Shown: positions 55,585 to 64,000 of the stretch, one piece after another
Layout of the letters: every line of letters starts with the position of its first letter
How positions within the stretch are numbered: position 1 is the first letter of the stretch
Source of the DNA: the human T2T-CHM13v2.0 reference genome, Homo sapiens
Strand: one strand, 5' to 3'
Length of the DNA: 64,000 nucleotides
Assembly: GCF_009914755.1 (NCBI RefSeq)
Contig: NC_060925.1
Made by a program: the position numbers and the translations under genes
The notes under the pieces: generated by a model
The model's input: the letters and a program-made list of their open reading frames with translations, nothing else
What the model was told of the DNA's origin: nothing
Databases searched by the model: none

Positions 55585-56012
55585 ATTCTTTTTTTAAATT
55601 TTACTTTAAGTTCTGGGATACATGTGCAGAAACTGCAGGTTTGTTGCCACATGTGCCATGGTGGTTTGCCGCACCTATCAGCCCATCATCTAGGTTTTAA
55701 GCCCCGCATTCATTGAGTATTTGTCCTAATGCTCTCCCTCCCCTTGCCCCCCATCCCTTGACAGGCCCCGGTGTGTGATGTTCCCTTCCCTTTGTCCATG
55801 TGTTCTCATTGTTAAACTCCCACTTATGAGTGAGAACATGCAGTGTTTGGTTTTCTGTTCCTGTGTTAGTGTGCTGACAATGATGGCTTCCAGCTTCATC
55901 CATGTCCCTGCGAAGGACAAGAACTCATTTGGTTTTATGGCTGCATAGAATTCCATGGTGTATATGTGCCAAATTTTCTTTATCCAGTCTATCATTGATG
56001 GGCATTTGGGTT
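55585..56012 (-). mobile_element. L1PA8-like 3' end, 5'-truncated
   Basis: ctaggttttaagccccgcat...cctaatgctctccctcccc; ORF2 C-terminal WIKKIWHIYTMEFYAAIK. Confidence 0.92.
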
Positions 56013-56329
56013 TATAACAGCCCTATTATATTCGTTTTATAGTTGACAATGTTAAGTCTCAGAGGTATTAACTCAATTGCCTATAGTTTTGCTGCTAGTA
56101 GATTTCCAAGCTGACATTTGAACCCAGATCTATCTTTCCACTACAGCACACTGACTCCACATTTGCATATAATCCCAATAATGTGCATGGGTATTGAGCT
56201 GTAGCCAGGGCTGTACAAAACGGAGCCTCTCCTCAGGTTCTGGAAGTTTAGTAGGTTTATTTTACCTCAGGAAGTGAGAGGTAAGGTGGAGGAAAAGGTA
56301 CCAACTCCATATGTGCCTCCAGTTAGATG

Positions 56330-56640
56330 TAGCTACCCAGAGGAAATGGTTGCTGAGTCTGCTCTGATAGGATTATGAAATCCAGAACAAGGACTGTGTT
56401 GGCCCAGCTGTGCTCTGTGTTGCTCAGACTATATCTGGACTTCTGGTCCAGTTCCAGCCAAGACACCTGGCAGGGAACAATTGCCAACTAGAAATTATTC
56501 AGAAGAGGATAGTCAGCATGGTAGGGGTCTAGAAAGCATGTCATATGGAGAATTATTGGGGGAAAGGTAATATTTGGCTTGAAGAAGAGAAAGCTTAATA
56601 AGACAAATGATAATTGTCCTCAAATATTTGAAGATGCAAT
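56330..56640 (+). mobile_element. CR1/L3 LINE fragment
   Basis: tctggtccagttcc...ttcagaagaggatag...tttggcttgaagaagagaaagc...gtcctcaaatatttgaag; related sequence at ~55130-55330 and ~34300-34410. Confidence 0.7.
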
Positions 56641-57199
56641 TGCATAGGTTTTCTGTTATGTGCGTAGACAATTACTGGTGTTTATGTATTGTGATTTCTG
56701 AATGTTGAAGGGGTTGTGGAGAAGAGAACTAACATTGATTTCAAGAGACCTTCAAGGTCTTTTATAATCTAGTCCCTGTTTACAGATACTTCCTATACAT
56801 CTAATCTAATTCTCATAATTGCCCTGCTGAGTCCTCTACTTTATAGATAAGGGAGACTCTAAGAAATTTGCCTAACATCACAACTTGTAAACAGCAGAGC
56901 CAAGACTTGCACTGAAGTTTGTTTGTTGTTGCTCTTATGCAGCATGCCCTTATCTTTCTATATACTTCCTTATGATTATGTTTAGCCAGAGAGGACACCT
57001 GCAATGAACGGTTATCTTAAAGAGCATTTCCCTACATGAAGAAGAGGCTCACAAATTCAGGAAGAATTCTTCTACCCATGTGTCAACTTCCACACTCCTG
57101 CCAACCAACTAGAGCCCTCAGTCCAGAATCCAGAACTGGGTCAAAAACTCTCAGACTCTTTAGTGAAGGTGGCATAAAACTTGGGTCCAGCCCCTCATG

Positions 57200-57850
57200 G
57201 AGACCTTCAAGGTCCTTTATAATCTAGTCCCTGTTTATCTCTACATTCTCACCTCTCAGTGTCTCCTGCCTTCATGCCTTTCCCTCCACACTTTCCACCA
57301 GACCACTTGCTTGTTTTCCCATCCAGACTTTGTACACACTCTTCCCTCTGCCTAAAATACATTTACCACATCCCCTTCACCTGCTCTTCACCTGCTTGAC
57401 ACCCCTTCAGTCTTCACATTGGAATTTGAGCATCATTACCTCTGGATGACTCCCCCTACCCTTGACTGACTCCAGTGTCTTGACTGCACTGACTCTGTGT
57501 CTATCTACATCCTAGCACTTTTCTCACTGTTGAAGCTATTCTATAGCCACTTGAAGTCTGGGACAGTGTCATGCTCTTTTTATCCCACTATGTAATAGGC
57601 ATAGCGCAGTATGCCTATTACACAGTGTTGTTGAATGAATGAATGAATATGGGCTTTGGAGTCAGTCAAATCTGGGTTTGAAGACAGGCTCTAGAACTCA
57701 CAGATTAGGTTAAAACCTTAGGCAATGTACTCAGTTTCAGAATTTCAGTGCCTTTCTCTGTTAATTGGGAATAATAACACCTATATCATAGAAGTTATTA
57801 CGAGAATTCAACATATCAGTAAAGAAACTGGCCAATATAACATACATACA
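57200..57850 (+). mobile_element. L2 3' end (to ~57648) followed by MIR
   Basis: L2 tail ttgttgaatgaatgaatgaat, then gggctttggagtcagtcaaatctgggtttgaa. Confidence 0.75.
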
Positions 57851-58959
57851 GTTAAGAATGATGAGACCAATAGAGTATAATATTAGAGTCCAAACTGATT
57901 CACTCACTAAAAAGTTATCTTATTCTGGAAGGCATTTTTTCAATACCAAGGATTACAAGAATATATTAACTAAAGCATTTGATTCTGTGTCTCTGTATGG
58001 ACAGAGTCCCAGTGGAGACTTCTACTTAGTGTCCTATCTATACTCTCATGTCCAGTGTGGGTTGAGGAGGTGGATGGAACGGGCCAACTGCCTTGGGATG
58101 CCACAAACATGCAAAATTTCCCTAGGTTCCCTGAAGACCTCACTCTCACCTGGACAGCCTGCCCTTACCTTTCCAGTAGCTAACTCCCAGGAGATTAACT
58201 CAGGCATTACACCCACCCTATTCCCTAGTCCTTACAATACTCAGCAGGGGCCATGTCTGTGTTTAGGTAGCTCCCTGAGATACCTCTCTGAACACCCGTC
58301 CCACTGCCCTGCTTCTCTCTGTCACTAGGCTGTGAGCAACAGGAGTAGAGGGAATAACTGCTGCTCAGCTGTGCAGGTCCACCTCCAGTCTAGTGCCTAG
58401 TCCAAGGAGGTATCACAGACTTCAGTGGGATTGTCTGACCAGCACCCAGCAGCTCTTCTCTTGGAAGCATGACACAGTAGGTGCTCGTGCCACTGTGTTG
58501 GTCCAGAATATGGGCAACTGATCCAAGTAAGCCCATGTCCTCTTCCCGAGACTGAGAGAACTTCAGAGCCATTTTGTCCTGGTGGCTTGTATCTTAAAGA
58601 TGTAAAGCCTGGAGCTCAAGACCATGTTTCTGAAGTGTGAAGAAAGCCAGTCAGGGATAGCGGAGAGTAAAGGAGGGATGAAGAGTCCTGGTAGCACACA
58701 GGGGTCATGGTTCAAAGTGCTCCTGAAACTCAACCACGGTCTTGGGCTCCTGGCAGCTTGGGCTTTAAGCATGTTAATGACCAAATGAATGAATGCCTTC
58801 AAAGAATGTCCACATTGAACTTAGATGGCACAAGAGCAGTGGGTCAATTCAGTTAACCAAAACAGTCAGAACTAACTCCTGGATGGGAGCTGGTATTAAA
58901 ACAAAAACAAAACAGTAGCTTTCTTGTCCCTCAGGCAGCTGACACTGCCTCTCATTTCA

Positions 58960-59150
58960 CCTCATCTCTAGGGGGTCCCTATAAAGAGAGAGCTTTGGTT
59001 GCCCACAGCAGCAACCTGCCCATTAAGGCATGCTTTATGGGCTCCATCCCTTCTCTGACTTACTCCCCATTCCCTCATAGTGCTCCTGGGATCACCTCCC
59101 AATACACTCTTTACATACTCTTCCTCCCTATAAAATTCTCCAAGAGGAAT
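58960..59150 (+). mobile_element. LTR16/LTR33-type ERVL LTR fragment
   Basis: ttgcccacagc...gtgctcctgggatcacctcccaa is typical of this LTR group. Confidence 0.55.
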
Positions 59151-59789
59151 ACAGTAAGAAAGGATGCTGAGAAGAGGCCCCAAATAAAACACTAATCAAT
59201 TTTCCCTAATCTCCTTCCCAAACCACCATAGAGACAGCCACTCATATCTGGATGTCTGGTGACTTTAAGAACCTCTAAATATGTAAATACATTGTGTTAA
59301 GTCATTAAGCTTGTAAGAAATAAGAAATTAATTAGCATTAGCATGTTGAATTGCTTAGGTGTCAGTAGCTAATATGGCTAATTGACATTTAATAAGTCTT
59401 GCCATCTAATTTACTATGAATTACATTAGATATTAACTAATTGCTTAGCTATTCTTTACACAATTATTATATGTTAATGTGAATTTAATAGCTTATTATT
59501 TGGATGATTGTCCTAATGACAAACAAGTTACCTGTTAATTCGGGTTTGAACATATTCAAAACATTTCTAAAACCAGTCTTTTAAACATAATCAATTAATA
59601 GATTAATTAATATAATTTAAAACCTTTGAAAAAATAACCATCAGTTTACTGAGCCACAATCCTCTAAATTGGCAGAGCTTTCAGGGTTTGATCTGCTATC
59701 AGCAGCCATAACACAGAATATCATTACCTATTACATTAAGCCATTTCCTGGTGCTGATAAACTATCACACTTTATAGTCTGTTATTTTT

Positions 59790-60350
59790 GGCCCATGTTT
59801 AAATCTCAGAAGTTTCATTAACAGAGTAATGTGGCTGACACAAAAGCGGTTGTGATTTTGGCTGCATTAGTAGAAGTATAATATCTAAAACAAAGGAGGT
59901 GATAGTCCTGTTCTTTCCTATGCTGGTCTGACTGTATTTTGTCAATTCTGGGAATGACATACTTAAAGTGACATAAATTATGTCACATGAAGAATTCATA
60001 AAGAAATTGAAGATGTTTAGCCAGATTAAAGAGAAAATTCCTGGGAAGACAGAATCTCTGTCTTCAAATATATGATGAAGTTTGTGGAAGATAAATTAGT
60101 TGTTATCTTTTTAAACTTATTGACTCCATTGAGAATATTAGGATCATAAGTTTGAAGTTAGAGGAACAGATTTCGGGCTCAGTCAGAGCTGTCTGAGGAG
60201 GGAATGAGCTGCCTCTGGAATAATGAGCTCCCTGTCACTGGAGGAGTTCAAGCGTAGTCTGCAATCACTCATGCAGAAGAGATTGGAGCTGTGGGTGGGT
60301 GGCTGGAGGTGACCTTTCCAATGCCTTTTAAGGCGGACATTCCACAATTC
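59790..60350 (+). mobile_element. CR1/L3 LINE 3' fragment
   Basis: ttttggctgcattagtagaagtata...ggaggtgatagtcctg; gtcttcaaatat; gagctccctgtcactggaggagttcaagc. Confidence 0.75.
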
Positions 60351-61264
60351 TCATGATAAATTATTTCCCCAATACAACTCACTGGCCTGAATACAGCCTG
60401 GAGCCCACAGAGACCACATTATGGGCTCACTTTCAACTTTAGAAAGAACCTCACAGGAATGCATAAGCACTTGGAATTCAGTTCTCATTGGTCACCTGGC
60501 AATGAACACTGTCTCTCCATCGTGGTGGAAAAGACTGACTTGGGAGGATCATCTGATGCGTTGGTTTCCTCTGGGTCTCCTGCACTGTGGCTTCCCTTCA
60601 GGTGTCCTCCAGCAGCCCACGGTTTGAGGCAAAGCTTAGAAGGGATCAGCTGAGCCACTGGAGCCATTTATCTTTGACAGGACAGCACGGGAGAAGGGGC
60701 AGGTGCCTGGCAGGCAAATAAACTTAATGAAGTTTGTAATAGACTGCGGAAATATCAGCCTCATGATCAAAGCAGGACTACAGCCACAAGAAACTATTAA
60801 TTAAGACTCTCTCACTATCTCCCTCATCCTATTTCCTTCACCGTCGCGGTAACCACTGTAATTGTTCCCAGCCTTTCAAGGATTCCAGGGCGGCTTTTTC
60901 TTCCCAGGTTTCAAAGGGCTGTCAGAGGTCAAGTGTTTGGTGCAATCACTGGCAAGCCCTGAGGGTCCCTATGTTCCCAGCTTTGTCCTCTGCAAGAGGG
61001 AGAGATGTCTTGTGCCAAACTCCTGCTCCCCCATGCCCCACGCACACAATGTTCTGTCCTAGAATGTCCTTGCTGACCTTCCAAGCCTGACTTAAAATTC
61101 CTCTCTCCAGGAAGCCCTCTCTGACTCTGACCATTCGCCCTTACCTCTTACTGCATGGTCATGCTGACACTCACTGGTCGCTGCTGCTGGATCAGGGTAC
61201 CAGGCTTGGGTCTGTTATTTTGACCATGAAACTATTCCTGTAGTTAGGGCGGTTGTATCTGGGC

Positions 61265-62062
61265 AAGGGTAACATTAAATATTCAAAATATTTAATAGCC
61301 AGTATAGTAATATAAAGCAGCACACAAGTCAATATATCAATAAAGAATTTCTAAATCTGTTCCCTTTAAATCTATTCTCTAACTTAAACTTACCTTACCT
61401 TAAGTTAAGGTAAGTTAAGGTAAGCTTAACTTAAGCTTACCAAGTGGTGCAAGCTGTACTGCAGGTCATTCATCAAACAACTCCAATAGCATCCTATTTG
61501 TTGATTTTTTTTAAAGCTGTTGTGATCTTTTGTTTGATGCCGTTGTCACTAGCTAAATGATGGCCCTCTCTGTCTATGACTGGACATAGAGAACTGCATC
61601 AGCTCTTCCAATAACCTTCCTATTCACTTGCTAGTCCGGAGGTCCCCAGGGTCAGATCTTCGTGCAGAAGTCACACCATGGTTGGATGTGCACCTGATGC
61701 CAACGCTTACCACATGACCTAAATCTGAGGACCTGTCTTAGGTCCCCCAACAATGCCACCACCAACCCTGCCTACCCTATGCCCTCTTCCATGTCTCATC
61801 AACAATGGGCTACGTTGGAGAAGGGGGCGAAGGCTGTGTACACCCCCATGATTGATCTCAGTAAGCTCAGCAGTGGCCCAAGGTCCCCAGATCTGCTCCC
61901 CGCTGTTCCCAGACCTCATTATCCACCACTGTGGCCACCTCTGGGCAGCATCAAATGGCGGCTCAACATCAAATGGTGGCTCAATAACTTATACGATTTA
62001 CCAACTAGCATGGAAGTGGCTTAATATTTCAACAACTGGTTTGCTGCATTCACATATCCTGC
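61265..62062. mobile_element. hAT DNA transposon relic (FordPrefect/Tip100-like)
   Basis: GC-richer block gttggatgtgcacctgatgcc...gttcccagacctcattatccaccactg and subterminal atatttcaacaactgg motifs resemble recalled FordPrefect consensus. Confidence 0.5.
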
Positions 62063-63194
62063 CTTCCCACGTACCCTGTCACCCCACTAAGAGCAGGTGT
62101 TCTAGAAAGCATCTGCCCCTTTCAAAAGAGAAAGCAAGTCTGCAAAGAGTCCCAAGATAGCAAAAAATGACAATGCTGTTTTGCCAGCCCATCAGGTCTC
62201 AAAAATGATCCCCACATTCTCTGTCCCCCAACACATCTTTGGACAAGTGGGGAATCCAGTCTCCATTCTCTGCTCCCCCAGTATACATCTCCCTATGAAG
62301 CACCAACCTATTAATAGATTCTGATTTAGGAATATATTATAATATAATATAGTATAATAATCCCATGGTTCTCTTCCTGGAAGTGTCAGAGGTAATCAGA
62401 GGGGCCAACAGACAGGGGCAGCCTCAGTTCCTATATAAATTTCTACCTGCTCAGGAGATTTATAGAGATGGATGGCTGCATGGGGGTGGGAGGGGTGAGA
62501 GCCAGTAGCAGAAGGGATGACTTACGATTGCTGTCGACACAGGCAGGCCCTTGTTGCTGGAAATGGCTTTCTTGTTGCCTCTGTTGGTTGAAGCCTCAAC
62601 AAATGTAGAAAGATGAACTGAGGGTCTCATCAGGGGCTGAGGTTTTCTAAGGCGGAGATCATTAGCAAGAATAATTCTTCCCCATGCATAGCATTTATCA
62701 TCCCTGCCCTTGGCAGGGGCTGGTGGATCTAGTAGTTCCAGAAAAGAACGGTGGCAGAGGTCGGTCAGGATGTGAATGACAATTGCCAAATCCAAAGTTA
62801 TTATTACCTGCTCCCCTGCCATCACCGCCTTCCTGAGAAAAGTTGGCCTGTTCAATTAGCTTAATGACATGGTGGGAGATGGTATTTTCAAACAGTGAAA
62901 ACAGCTGGGCTGCGATCGCTGTGGTTTCTGGCATGAAGCACGTCTGGCAGCCTTGACTGTGGCACAGGGACCTTATCAGCATGACACACATTTTGGGAAA
63001 TGTTGTAATTCAGCATTGACACCTCGATCAATAGTGTCATTTTGGAGCTGTCTTCCCAGGGAAACAGACAAGGTATTAGCCTCAAACGGTTCAGCAGTCT
63101 CTGCAGTGGCAGTAGGTACTTGTCCCTATCCCCCATTCTGGTTCTGCTGGTTCCTATGTGTGGCCATGCCATCTGCTGCACACACTGTCTGAGT

Positions 63195-63400
63195 GCGAGC
63201 TCTGAAGTCAGGCATGGGCTCAAGTCCTGCTCTACCACTCAATCCCAGTGTAATCCTGGGCAAGATACTTAATTACTCACCTTCCCCCGCTTAAGAAATG
63301 ATACTGACAATCAAGTGTTATGGGCGTAAAACCATAAAGAGAATGTATATAACGAGATCTGGTCCCCGCCTGGCACACTGGAAGTTTCCCCTAAGCATTA
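63195..63400 (+). mobile_element. MIR SINE
   Basis: gctctgaagtcaggcatgggctcaagtcctgctctaccact...ctgggcaagatacttaa. Confidence 0.7.
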
Positions 63401-63409
63401 ACTGTTGGG

Positions 63410-63620
63410 GCTGTCCTCTCTTCTCTCTCCTTTTCTTTTATTCTGCTCTCTTTTGGTCTGTGCCTCTGTCTCTGTGTACCCATCACTAAACCTTTCTTAG
63501 TATCTCTCTCTGCTTTGGTCTTTGTCAGTTTGTCTCTGTTTTTAGTTCCTCTCTCTCTCCTCTGTGCTCTCTGGGTCTCTTTGTCTCAGCCTTCATTTCT
63601 TCCTCTATCTCTCTCCTTGG
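63410..63620 (+). repeat. CT-rich low-complexity tract
   Basis: Degenerate (CT)/(CTGT) pyrimidine-rich sequence. Confidence 0.75.
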
Positions 63621-64000
63621 CTATTTAATATTTCCTGGAAGCTTAGACTTGGGGCATTATGGTATCAGAGGGTTTTCAAATCTTGTGCAGGGAAAATGAA
63701 CTCTCCTGAATGGTGATCCCCATAGGCTCAGTGAAGCTCGAACTGTGAAATCTAGAGTTTACTACTTAATTATCTTGCCTGAAGCTGTGCCAACTTGGCT
63801 GGACTGGCAAAGAAACATGCCAGTCAGGAGCCATTCTCCACCTTCCCATTGAACATGGAGATGCAGCTGGGTGCTAAAAATAGGCATCAGGAGGCTGGGG
63901 CAGCTCAGAGCAGGAGGCAAGCTAAAAATACACTTCTGACAATGCAGCCTTCCTGTGCCCCACAGACTGCAGGCTGGCAGGGGCAGGGGCTTCAGGAACC

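Noticed and set aside
57858-58328. 156-aa ATG-initiated ORF in apparently unique sequence
   Set aside because: No domain similarity, promoter or splice context that I can recognise; ribosome profiling or PhyloCSF support would be needed.
62460-63272. Overlapping ORFs on both strands
   Set aside because: No recognisable protein features; explained by locally higher GC content.

Overview
Mammalian, almost certainly primate/human, non-coding DNA (AluY/AluS, L1PA, MSTB, MER51 and MLT2A are present). I could not recognise any cellular protein-coding exon, RNA gene or CpG island, so this looks like intergenic or deep intronic sequence, more than half of it transposon-derived. Three large structures dominate. 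(1) An ancient LTR33/ERV3-16A3-type ERV-L provirus (15214-21474, +) that still has both LTRs, PBS, PPT and an exact CTACT target-site duplication (TSD). (2) A 7.5 kb nested insertion: MIR > MLT2B LTR > 1.45 kb TA-rich array plus near-full-length Tigger1 > MER21 LTR and an ORF1-only L1 > L1PA tail. (3) A full-length HERV-L (44932-51543, -) with two MLT2A LTRs and decayed gag-pro-RT-RNaseH-IN-dUTPase. The rest is Alus, L1, L2, MIR, CR1/L3, solo LTRs and microsatellites. Signals not explained by repeat annotation are several short templated duplications and perfect palindromes, and unique-sequence blocks near 59.3-63.2 kb that look like candidate enhancers. I see no convincing evidence for a new genetic system. 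Repeat subfamily names come from recalled consensus sequences, not a database search, and boundaries of old elements are approximate.
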